From Thecamonas trahens ATCC 50062 (taxonomy: Eukaryota > Protista > Apusomonadida), in assembly GCF_000142905.1 (NCBI RefSeq), contig NW_013657629.1:222274-286273 (forward strand): a stretch of 64,000 nucleotides of DNA. Reading direction: 5' to 3'. Of the stretch, positions 18,980 to 29,793 are shown piece after piece. Every line of letters begins with the position of its first letter. Positions within the stretch are counted from its first letter, which is position 1. The notes under the pieces were generated by a model. It did no database searches and was not told the DNA's origin. It saw only the letters and a list, made by a program, of their open reading frames with translations. The translations under genes and the position numbers were made by a program.

Positions 18980-21900
18980 ATGGGCCAGTACCTTGCGCGG
19001 AATGTGGAGCGAAGGGGAGACGGGCAGCTGAAGCGGTCCGAGGGCAATGCCGCTGTGGTGGCAGAGCTGCTCGAGGGTGTTGTCCATATCAACGACAACT
19101 TTCCCCGTGAGGCCGCCATTGCCTTTGCCTCCCCGCTCACCTTCCCCTCTTCCGTATCCTCACTGGACGCCTTTGAGGCTCTCCCAGACTATGTTCACGA
19201 CCCGTCTGCCCACGCCATTGTCTCGCTGGTACGTACCCTCCTCCTCCCCCCCCGTGNNNNNNNNNNNNNNNNNNNNNNNNNNNNNNNNNNNNNNNNNNNN
19301 NNNNNNNNNNNNNNNNNNNNNNNNNNNNNNNNNNNNNNNNNNNNNNNNNNNNNNNNNNNNNNNNNNNNNNNNNNNNNNNNNNNNNNNNNNNNNNNNNNNN
19401 NNNNNNNNNNNNNNNNNNNNNNNNNNNNNNNNNNNNNNNNNNNNNNNNNNNNNNNNNNNNNNNNNNNNNNNNNNNNNNNNNNNNNNNNNNNNNNNNNNNN
19501 NNNNNNNNNNNNNNNNNNNNNNNNNNNNNNNNNNNNNNNNNNNNNNNNNNNNNNNNNNNNNNNNNNNNNNNNNNNNNNNNNNNNNNNNNNNNNNNNNNNN
19601 NNNNNNNNNNNNNNNNNNNNNNNNNNNNNNNNNNNNNNNNNNNNNNNNNNNNNNNNNNNNNNNNNNNNNNNNNNNNNNNNNNNNNNNNNNNNNNNNNNNN
19701 NNNNNNNNNNNNNNNNNNNNNNNNNNNNNNNNNNNNNNNNNNNNNNNNNNNNNNNNNNNNNNNNNNNNNNNNNNNNNNNNNNNNNNNNNNNNNNNNNNNN
19801 NNNNNNNNNNNNNNNNNNNNNNNNNNNNNNNNNNNNNNNNNNNNNNNNNNNNNNNNNNNNNNNNNNNNNNNNNNNNNATAATGCACCGACTACACGCCCC
19901 ATCCCCCCACCTTGTCCCACCTCCCTCTCCCCGCCCGCTCGCTTCCGTCCCCGATCACGGCCTTTTCCGCTCAACGGCAAACGGCGTTGATCAACCGCCG
20001 TCATGCTCACCCCCTCCCCCCAACATACGCACAGGAAAAGCACCCAGTCTCCGGCGCGCCGCTGTACTCGCTGGGAGGTGGCAAGGCGAGCGTGTGCTCA
20101 GTCAGCACGCTCGCCAAGCACCTGGAAGTGGCCAGCTCGCCGACGAACGAGATGCGGGCGCTGGTGGAGGCCAACCCGCAGGCGATCAACACGGTGGCCG
20201 GCGTGGCCGGCGAGCCGGGCGACATCCTCATGCAGGGCTTCCGGATGATGAATGCGCAGACGGGCGACGAGGCTGCGGCGACGTCAGAGCGGATGCAACT
20301 GATGATTGTTATCAACCAGATGGACCTCGAGCTGTTGGCCAAAGCCGTGGACGACGCCAAGAGCTCGTCGACCTCGCTCACCCGCGACCAGGTCCTGCAC
20401 GAGGTCGAGTATCTCGGTCGGTTTGTGGAGAACTCGGTGCAGACGCTGCTTGCGCACGTAGGCTTTGATCCCAACTTTGTGTTCAACTCGGAGCCGCAGG
20501 TCCCGCCGTGGCGCGAGGCCCGCGGCGAGCTGGCGTACCTGGTGGTGCGGACGGCCGACGGCGAAGAGTTTTTCATCACGGCTTCGCGCAAGGGCTACTT
20601 TGTCAACGGCGGCTACGCCGAGTCTGCCGACGGCACGCGGCTGAGCTACGATCCGGCGTCGGGGCTTGTGCCGTCGCTTGTAGACCTGCTCCGGGCGCAC
20701 TCGCCGCGCATCGCCAAGCACATCGACAAGCAGCTCTTTGCGTTCCGGTCGCGGGCCGGCGGCGAATTTCGGCCGACGGGCGAGGCGGCTGCAGCGCAGG
20801 GTCCTCGGACGCGCGAGTCGCGTGGAACCCGCCGCTCGGCGCGGCCAGTGGGCGGCGGGCGGAATGGCGGGCGGGGCCGGCGTCGGCGGACGCGGCGGGC
20901 CGAGGCGGCTAGCGGCGAGTCGTCGCGGCGGCTGCGCAAAACACTTGAGGACGACAAGCCGCCGTCGTCCAAGTGGGTGGCGCTCGACGAGACGGCAATC
21001 GACTATGAGTACCTCTCACAGCAGCGGCGGGCGCGCGAGTCGGAGCTCGCCGCTGTCCACCACTCGACACTGGACGCGCTGCTGGAGACCGGGCAGGCGT
21101 CACGGCCAGGGACGCGGGGCGAGCGGCCGACGACGCCGGCTGACTACCACGGCAATGTGTACTCGGACGCCGAGTCTGACGACGAGGTTGTCGAGTTCCA
21201 GCCGTTTGCGCTGCAGCAGCGGGACTATCCCATTTTCGAGCGGGTCCAAAAGCTGGTGGGCATTCTGCGGAGCTCGACCGAGACGGTCACGGTCCTCTGC
21301 CTTGTCCACCTCCTCGACTCGGAGCTGGAGAAGGAGACGGCGCAGCTGGCGATTCTGGAGGGCGGTGGGCTCGACGTGCTCATCAACTTGCTGACAGTCC
21401 ACTACTCGCGGCCGCAGCTGGCAGCGCTCAAGGTGCTGTGGCGGATCATGGAGTCGCCGCGGATGAAGACGTGCCTCGAGGGCCTCGACGGGGTGGCGCC
21501 GCTCTGTGAGCTCTGCTCCTCGGGCTCGGACGCGGTCAAGACGCTGGCGGCGGACACGCTCGCCAAGGTCTGCACCAACCCGCGCAACCGGCGCGCAGTC
21601 CGGCGGCATGGAGCCATCCCATATCTTGTCTCGCTGCTGGACGTGTCTGCGGCGTTGCCGGAGAGCAACCCACTGCCGCTGCTGGAGGCTGGAGCGCGTG
21701 CGCTGTACGTGCTCGCGGGCTCACGCAAGAACCAGCTTGCAATCCGTGCGGCGAGCGTGGCGCCGCTGCTTGCTGCAATCCTGACCGATGCCGACGCGGC
21801 CCAGCCGCAGCTGGCCGGCCTCGGCCCGCTTGACACGCTGCTGGTGCCGGTGGTGGGTGTCCTGGAGCGGTGCGGCGGCGACGCGTCGTTCCGAGCCGAG

Positions 21901-23082
21901 GTCCGGTCGCTCGGACTCATTCCGTATGTGGTCGAGCTGCTGAGCTCGGGCAATCTTGCACTGCGGACGCAGGCGGCGTCAGCGCTGTTCCGGCTCGCTG
22001 CTGACGAGGAGACGCAGGGTCAGGTGTCGGAGGCCGGGCTGGTGGCGCTGGTTGCGCTCCTCGCCACCGACGATGAGCACCTGCTCGAGTCTGTGACTGG
22101 ATGCGTGTGGAAGCTGGCGTCCAAGATGGAGAACGTGGCGCTCCTTGCGCGGCGCGGGGCGATATCGACACTCGTGGCGCACGTCTCGCACCCGAACGAG
22201 GCGGTGGTGATCAATGCGGTCGGCGCGCTGACCAAGGCTGCGGCGTCGCCGCCGGTCCGCAAGACCATCCACGACGCGGGTGGCATTGCGGTCCTTGTGG
22301 ACAAGCTCAAGGAGACTAACGAGCAGCTGCTCATCAACGCGTCGCAGTGCCTCGGGGCGTGCGCCATCCACCCTCCGTGCCTCAAGGTCATTCTGGACGA
22401 AGAGGTGGACGGTGTCAAGTACCTCTGGTCGCTGCTCAAGAAAAAGTCTGCGGCGGTTGTCGAGTCTGCGGCGTGGTCGATTGCGTCGTGTATCTCATCG
22501 GGCGCGGTCTCTGGCCACCTCATCAACCAGTTTGTGGGTGGGCTCGAGCTCATTGTGGGCCTCCTCAAGGTGCCCGACGACAACGTGCGGGCCGGCGTTT
22601 GTGCGGTCATTGCGCAGATTGCCAAGAACCGCGACAACCTGGCGGTCATCACCGACCACGGCGTCATCTGGCTGCTCTCGGACCTGACGCCGACGAGCAA
22701 CGACCACCTGAGACAGTATCTCGCCGAGGCCATTGCCGAGTGTTGCTCGTGGGGCTCGAACGGAGTCGGGTTTGGCCAGGCTGGAGCGGTCCGCCCGCTC
22801 GTCGGCTACCTTGCGTCGCGTGACCCGGATGTCCACCGCGCCACTGCTCGCGCCCTCCACCAGCTCTCGTTCCACGCCGCCAACTGCCTGCAGATGCACG
22901 ACGAGGGCGTCGTCCCGCCGCTCCTCAACCTCATCGGCTCGCCGGACACCAGCCTTTCCGAGGCCGCCGCCGGCGCCCTCGCCAACATCCGCGCCCTCGC
23001 TCTTGCCAACGAGCGTGCCGCCCACAACGATCCGGACGCTGTGCCTGGCCCCACGTCTTCATATCCTGACGACGGCGTGTAG
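18980..23082 (+). CDS. ARMC4: ARMC4/ODAD2 outer dynein arm docking protein; exon 18980-19228, intron across the gap, exon 20035-23082
   Basis: Exon 1 MGQYLARNVE...FASPLTF resembles the ARMC4 N-terminus. GTACGT donor at 19229 and GCTCAC..ACAG acceptor at 20034, both phase 0. PPWREARGELAYLVVR segment; ARM repeats with FVGGLELIVGLL, NLAVITDHGV, DPDVHRATARALHQLS. Additional exons could lie in the gap. Confidence 0.9.
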
Positions 23083-23297
23083 TGAACAAAGTAGCAGAGC
23101 AGCAAGCCCGTCATGGAAGGAGGGGGGGGAGGGGGAGGCGAACGACGCTTGGCAAATGGTCGTCGACACCGGTGTGGCTCCATCCAGAATTCGGAAGGCT
23201 TCACCAGACCTGACGGACGGGCAAGGGCGGGCGGGGCTTGTTGAGCGAAACACATTACTCACACTCCCCTCCATTTCACCCGGAAACACCGTCACTT

Positions 23298-25052
23298 ATG
23301 TCGTTGAACCCGGCTGCTGCCGAGTGGAAGCCCTCTGCCTCTGCCGCTGTCTTTGTCCCGGCTTCGGTTGCCGCAACCACCACTCCGCCGCCTGCTGCGG
23401 ATCCCACGCCCGAGGCCGAGGCCGAGGCTGCTGCTGCTGCTGCTGCTGCTGCCGCTGCCGAGGCTGAGGCTGCTGCCGCTGCCGAGGCTGAGGCTGCTGC
23501 CGCTGCTGCTGCCGAGGCTGAGGCTGCTGCCGCTGCTGCTGCCGAGGCTGAGGCTGCTGCCGCTGCTGCTGCCAAGGCTGAGGCTGCTGCCGCTGCCGAG
23601 GCCGAGGCTGCTGCCGCTGCTGCTGCCGAGGCCGCTGGCGACGACGCCAATGCGGCAGACGGTGGCGACGGCGAGGCCGGAGCATCGAGCTCGGCCAAGA
23701 AGGCTGTGGTGAGTGAGCGGGCGGAGAAGCATGTGAACATTGTGTTCATTGGGCATGTGGATGCCGGCAAGTCGACGATCTCGGGCCACATCATGTACTT
23801 GACGGGTGGGCTGGACCAGCGGACGCTGGACAAGTACGAGCGTGAGGCCAAGGCCAACTCGCGTGAGTCGTGGAAATACGCGTGGGCGATGGATACGACG
23901 GAGCAGGAGCGCGACCGTGGCAAGACGGTGGAAGTCGGGCGTGCGTCGTTCTCGACCGGCTCGAAGCGGTTCACCATTCTAGACGCGCCCGGGCACAAGG
24001 CGTACATCCCGCACATGATTGGCGGAGCGTCGCAGGCAGACGTGGGCGTGCTTGTTGTCTCGTCGCGGAAGGGCGAGTTTGAGACCGGGTTTGACCGCGG
24101 CGGGCAGACCCGCGAGCACGCGATGCTTGCCAAGACGGCCGGCGTCAAGCAGCTCATTGTGGTGATCAACAAGATGGACGACGAGTCTGTCAACTGGTCG
24201 AAGGACCGGTTTATGGAGATTGTGAAGAAGATCAAGCCGTACCTCAAGGGGGTCGGGTACTCCAAGTCCGACCTTGTGTTCATGCCTGTCTCGGGCCTTG
24301 CCGGGTACAACCTCAAGGAGCCGATTCCTGAGGGCCTCTGCCCATGGTACAAGGGCCCGCCGCTTCTCACGCTCCTTGAGCAGCTGCGGCCGCCGCAGCG
24401 GCTGATGGACGCCGCGCTGCGGCTCCCGATTGCCGACTCGTACCGCGACATGGGCGTGGTGGTGATGGGCAAGCTCGAGGCCGGTACGATTGCCAACGGT
24501 GCCAACCTGGTCCTCATGCCGAACCAAATGCCGGTCGAGGTCATTGGCCTGTGGATCGACGAGTACGAGGTCGAGGTGGGTGAGCCAGGCGACAACCTTA
24601 AGATCAAGCTCAAGGGTGTGGACGAGGGCGATGTCAAGAACGGGTTTGTGCTCTGCGAGCCCGACAACCTCGTCTCGTACGTCACCGAGTTTGAGGCGCA
24701 AGTCATGCTCCTTGACATTACCAACATCCTCGCGCCAGGCTTCAAGTGCATCCTCCACGTCCACGCGTGCGTGGAGGAGGTCGAGTTTGCCAAGCTCGTC
24801 TCGGTCATCGACCGTAAGACCGGCGATGTCGTCCAGACCCGCCCGCGCTTTGGCAAGCAGGGCCAAACCATCATCGCGCGGCTTAAGACCGAGCAGCCGA
24901 TCTGTGTCGAGACCTACGCTGACTTTGCCCAGCTCGGCCGCTTCATGCTCCGCGACGAGGGCAAGACCATTGCCGTCGGCGTCATCAAGTCGCTCGGCAA
25001 GAAGAAGAAGCGCCGGAAGAACAAGGATGCGGCGGCGGCTTCGTCATCGTAA
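23298..25052 (+). CDS. GSPT1: Eukaryotic release factor 3 (GSPT1/SUP35) GTPase
   Basis: NIVFIGHVDAGKST, LDAPGH, GEFETGFDRGGQTREHAMLAKT, NKMD, LGRFMLRDEGKTIA. N-terminal PAM2-like motifs LNPAAAEWKP and SASAAVFVP. Confidence 0.95.
   Translation: MSLNPAAAEWKPSASAAVFVPASVAATTTPPPAADPTPEAEAEAAAAAAAAAAAEAEAAAAAEAEAAAAAAAEAEAAAAAAAEAEAAAAAAAKAEAAAAAEAEAAAAAAAEAAGDDANAADGGDGEAGASSSAKKAVVSERAEKHVNIVFIGHVDAGKSTISGHIMYLTGGLDQRTLDKYEREAKANSRESWKYAWAMDTTEQERDRGKTVEVGRASFSTGSKRFTILDAPGHKAYIPHMIGGASQADVGVLVVSSRKGEFETGFDRGGQTREHAMLAKTAGVKQLIVVINKMDDESVNWSKDRFMEIVKKIKPYLKGVGYSKSDLVFMPVSGLAGYNLKEPIPEGLCPWYKGPPLLTLLEQLRPPQRLMDAALRLPIADSYRDMGVVVMGKLEAGTIANGANLVLMPNQMPVEVIGLWIDEYEVEVGEPGDNLKIKLKGVDEGDVKNGFVLCEPDNLVSYVTEFEAQVMLLDITNILAPGFKCILHVHACVEEVEFAKLVSVIDRKTGDVVQTRPRFGKQGQTIIARLKTEQPICVETYADFAQLGRFMLRDEGKTIAVGVIKSLGKKKKRRKNKDAAAASSS
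23407..23636 (+). repeat. Coding (AEAEAAAAAA)n repeat, ~30-bp units, in eRF3
   Basis: GCCGAGGCTGAGGCTGCTGCCGCTGCTGCT-type units are visible. Confidence 0.9.
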
Positions 25053-25616
25053 CGCGCCCTCCCCTCTCCTCTCATTCTTCTCTCGCTTTTAATGGAATCA
25101 AAGTAATGTGTCTCGTTTGTGTCGTGAGTCGTGGTGTTGTAAGTGGTCGGGTGACGGGTGGTGGCTGGGTCGGCTACACCCCACTTGCCTTGACAGACTT
25201 TACCGAGTACGTTGGGATGTAAGAGGGGTAAGGGGGGAAGGGGGGGGGGGGTGGGGGTTGGGGGGGTTGCGGGGGGATTGGTGTTAGGGGTGGGGGGAGG
25301 AGGGTGGCAGGGGTGGGGGAGGTGGGGAGGTGTGTGGCTTGCCGGTGTGGCTTGGGCAAGCCGCGAGAGTCGACGGCAGCCGCCACAGCCGCCACAGCCA
25401 CCGCAACCACCACATCCACACACACCCTCCCTGCACGAATAAGTACCCCCACACACACACGTAGAGGTATATGCGCTGGATGTATGGACACGCTCGTGGG
25501 TGCTCTGCAAGTAAGGGTGTGGGTGGGTGGGTGAGGGAGGAAGGCAGTGGTAGATTCGTGGAGATGCGACCTTTTTTTGGCTTGACGGCCTTTTCCTGGA
25601 GGCAGGCGAGGCGCGT

Positions 25617-28600
25617 GTGACTGACGAGGGAAGACATTCACCGGCTGCGGGATGTGACAGTGACACGGCGACGGGTGCGGCTGCCGAGGCGGACTCTGTG
25701 GATCTGTCTGATCCTTCGACGCTGTTCTCGCCCGAGTTTCTGGCGGGGCGGCTGTCTGCGAGCCAGCTGAGGACGCGGCTGGAGGCGGTGTCCAAGGCGC
25801 TGAGCGTGGCGGCGGAGAACGAGGTGGACTTGCGGGCCGGACATGGGCCTGGGCTGGAGGCGCTTGCGGAGGCGCTTGTGGACTCGCGGGTGGTCAAGTC
25901 GAGCGACCAAGGCCTTGTGGTGACGGGTGCGCTGGTGCTTGCGCAGCTGCTGCGTGTGTACGCGCCGCACGCGCCGTACTCGTCTGCGGGCGAGATCAAA
26001 ACCATTTTCACACTCTTCCACAAGGTGCTCCGTAACCACCTGACGGCTGACTCGCCGCTGTACCCGCGGGTCTTTGCACTGCTGGAAGAGCTTGTGCGGA
26101 CGCAGACGTACATTCTGCTTATCGAGTTTGAGCTTCACGACCAGGTGCTCGAGCTGTACCGGCTGGCGTTTGAGCTCGCACCCCAACTGCGGGCTGACCA
26201 GAGCCACATCAAGGCGTACCTTGTCTCGATTCTGACGTCGCTTGTGGACGAGTCTGATGCGGTGTCGCAGGAGGTGCTCGACGAGATTTTTACGCAACTG
26301 CTGCCGGCGCAGGCGCAGCAGGCTGCGGCGGCGCACGAGCTTGCGCTGATGCTGGTGCAGAATGTGTCGACGCGGCTGCAGCCGTACGTCACATCGTGGC
26401 TCCACGACGTGCTTCTTGCGGGCAAGACGAGCGAGTACGAACTTGCGGATGAGGCAGCATCGATTGTGTTTGCGCTGTATGCGGCGGCACCGTCGATTCT
26501 GCTGTACGTGCTTCCGCAGCTGGAGGAGCACCTCAAGACGGAAGACGAGGAGCAGCGTGTCGGGCTTGTGGAGCTGGTGGGCAACCTTGCTGCGCTGAAG
26601 GCGCCTCGCGGCGGGTCGCTGTACGAAAAGTATCCGCCGCTGTTTGGTGTGTTCAAGGACCGGTTCCGCGACATCTCAAGCCGGGTGCGGACGGCGATGG
26701 TCTCGATGACGGCCGCGATTCTGAGCGCGAATGGGGCCAAGGTGCAGGCGGAGCTGACGCCGCTGCTGCTGGAGCGGCTGGAGGATACCGATGCCGGGGT
26801 GCGGATTGCAGCTATCGAGGTTGTGGCGCAGCTGGCGTCGAGGCCTGCGACGGCAGCGGCGTTTGCCGAGCCGCTGCTGCAGGTCGGGTCGCGGCTGCTG
26901 GACCGCAAGCCCGCGGTGGCCAAGGCAGCGATGGGCGCGCTGGCGCGCGCGTACGCGGTCTACCGCGACGCGTTTCTGGACGACACGCTCGCTGCAGACG
27001 CGCCGCAGCTGGACTGGATTCCGGGCTCGATTCTCTCGCTGGTGTCGAACATTGCGCTGACGCTTGGTGACGGCGACGTGGGGTTTGGCGGGCCGATGAA
27101 CGACGGCGAGCTGGAGACGCTTGCGTCGCTCTCGGGCAACGACGCGGAGCTGTCGAGTCTCCGGTTTGAGATTGAGGCTGTGTTTGACGAAGTTATTCTG
27201 CCTGGCGGCGAGGGCGGTGGGCGCGAGCTCGACGCTGCGGACCGTGCCGAGACGCTGCTGTTTGTGTTTGACACTGCGCCGCTGGTGGCGCGCAAGGGTC
27301 TGGAGCTGCTGTTCCGACAGAGGGCACAGTTTTATGTCGTGCTCTCGGCGTACCTCAAGCTGCGGAGTGCGCATTCGCGGGAGGCGCCGGAAGGAGTGGC
27401 GGCGCGGATGGAGTCGCTGTTGGGGCGCTCGGGGCGATGGTGGTGGGCCACACGCGGGCGCGAACTAGCGAGGTCCTCCGCGAGCTGCACAAGGTGGTGG
27501 ACGGCAACGTGTTCAAGCTGCTGGCCAAGCTTCTGGACCCGGGACTCGAGCTAGGGAGCGTGGCTGCGGCGCGGGAGGAGTTTGTCAAGGCGGCAGTGGC
27601 GGGGGCGACGGTGAAGGGCGCCGGGCGGCGTGCGGCGTTTGTGGACGTGATGACCCAGATTGCGCGCAAGGCGGCGAACCCGTACTGCGCGACCGAGGTG
27701 CTCGCGGTGCTGCTTGCGCAGATCGAGGGGATCCGAAGCAAGTTTGCGAGCGGGGTGCACGAGGCGGGCGGGGCGGAGCCACTGGCGGGCATGGCGCTCA
27801 AGGAGCGCGTGGCCGGACTTGTGGTCTCGCTCTCGCTGACGTCGCTGCTGGGGCGGAGCTTCCCGCATGCGTTTGCCAACGAGCACGCGGCGTTTCTAGC
27901 GCTGCTCGAGCCGGCGCACGCCGAGTCGGACCCGCTTGCGCGGCAGGTTGGGCTCGAGCTCCTCTTGGCGACGGGCATGTGGCTCGACCGCGAGTCTGAC
28001 GAGCACACCCAGCTGCCGGAAGCGCTGGCGGCGCTTGTAGATGGGGCCAGCTGTGCAGAAGCGCAGCTGATGGTTCGGGTTCTCGCCAAGACGCACAGCG
28101 GCGAGAGTGATGCGGTGCAGCCGCTGGTGGATGCCGTGGTGGGGTGTGCGGCGGGCGGAGCGAGCGGGGCGTGGAGCGTTGCGCGGAAGCGTGGGGCCGT
28201 GCCTGCGCTGCTCGCGGCATGGGCCGAGCTCTCGCTGCGGTTCCCGGCTGCGCTGCGTGTGGCGTTGGACGCTGTGCTCCTGCCGTTTGCCAAGGCGCTG
28301 TTGGAGCTGCCGGGCGGGTTTGTGGAGGGCGAGGAGCTTGCAGCACTGCACGCGAGCGGGCTCGCCGACGAAGTCCGCGAAGACTCGAGCAGCTTTGCGG
28401 GACTTGTGCGCAAGGCGGCAGGCGGATCGCGCAAGGCGGCAGACACGGTGCGGCTGACGTGGAGCGAGGTGCCGAGCTACGGGACGCTTGTTAAGACGCG
28501 TGCGATTGAGGCGCTAGCGTCGCTGGCGATCGGGAGCGTGACGAGTGACGAGTACGTGAGCTCGCGCGACATGCCTGTTGTCGAGTTTTGTGTCGAGGTG

Positions 28601-29728
28601 CTTGCGGCGACGCTGGAGGGCGTGATGGACGATGAGTCGGCGGAGGCTGGGCGTGTGCGGCTTGAGGCTGTGAAGGCGATCCTGCGGCTGGACACGCTGC
28701 AGCTGCGGGTGCGGTTGGCGCCTGTGCTCATTCGCGCACGTGTGTACGCGCTTGTGGCGCTGTGCATGCAGGATCCTGTGTTTGAGGTGCGCAAGCTTGT
28801 AGCGCGAGCGATTTTCGAGGCGATCAACCACGCGGCGCTGTCGACCAAGTACGCGGCGCTGCTGACGCTCGCGGTGGTCGACCCTGAGCGGGACAACCAG
28901 GATGCTGCGGCTAAGTACCTCAAGGCCGTGGTCAAGTCGCGGAGTGCCGAGGCGGCGCGAGTGGTGGGCAGGCCTGCGGTGCACGCGTCTGTGGCGCCCG
29001 AGTACGCGCTGCCGTACTTTGTGCACATGCTCGCGGGCCACCCCGACTACTTTGACGACGACCTCGATCACTTTTGCCAGTACTTGACAGCGCTCATCGA
29101 GGCGCTCACGCACCGTGGCACCAACTTTGGGTTTGTGCACACGCTCCTGACGACGATGCTCGCGACGGAGGACGCGTCCGGGGCGCAGCCGCCGCTCACG
29201 CCGCGGATCTACGCACTCGTGGAGATGGCGCTCCGCATCCTCAAGGCCGAGACGGACCGGCGGTCGTGGAAGCTGGCGGCCCACCCCGGGCAGATCATGC
29301 TGCCATCTGCGCTGTTCCGGGCTGCGGCAGCACCGGCACGGCTCGACGAGACGCACTCGTACCTCCCGACCGAGTTCCATCTCCCGCAGCATGCCTCGCG
29401 GCGCGACATCATTGTGGGCAAGGCGGCGCCGCCGATGACATCTGACTCGCCGAAGAAGGCCTCGCTCGGGCGGCTCTCGTTTGCCGACTCTGTAGCGACG
29501 AGTGCATCGCTCGCGTCGCCGTCACGGCCGCGACTGGCAGCCGCCGAGGCGCAGCGGCGGCGCAAGCGCAAGATTGTCAACTCGGAGAATAACCCCAACG
29601 TGTCCAAGGTCTCGCGCGGGCTCGGCTCGCCGCCGTCCCCGGGCTCGGCCCGGCAGAATCGGTCGAACTTGTCCAAGTCGCCGGTCCGCCGGCCGGTCCA
29701 GCCGACGCCGACCCCGCCACGTGCGTGA
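25617..29728 (+). CDS. PDS5: PDS5 cohesin-associated HEAT-repeat protein; frameshift at ~27422-27425; 5' exon unresolved
   Basis: LAQLLRVYAPHAPYS, ILLYVLPQLEEHLK, FKDRFRDISSRVR, LCMQDPVFEVR, PEYALPYFVHMLAGHPDY. Adding one G gives ESLLGALGAMVVGH and joins the two ORFs. Confidence 0.92.
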
Positions 29729-29793
29729 TAAATGAATCCACAGCTCTTTCTCCAGACTTGTCGCGTGCAGCGCAGGGCACATCATTGATACGG

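Noticed and set aside
19257-19877. ORFs spanning N runs (also ~8966-9065, 38038-38199, 62545-63305)
   Set aside because: Assembly gaps, mostly next to poly-C/G tracts; the translations are artefacts.
20500-20730. Novel CLU/GSKIP-like domain inserted in ARMC4
   Set aside because: The PPWR..GE..Y segment is, as I recall, conserved in animal ARMC4, so it is not novel.
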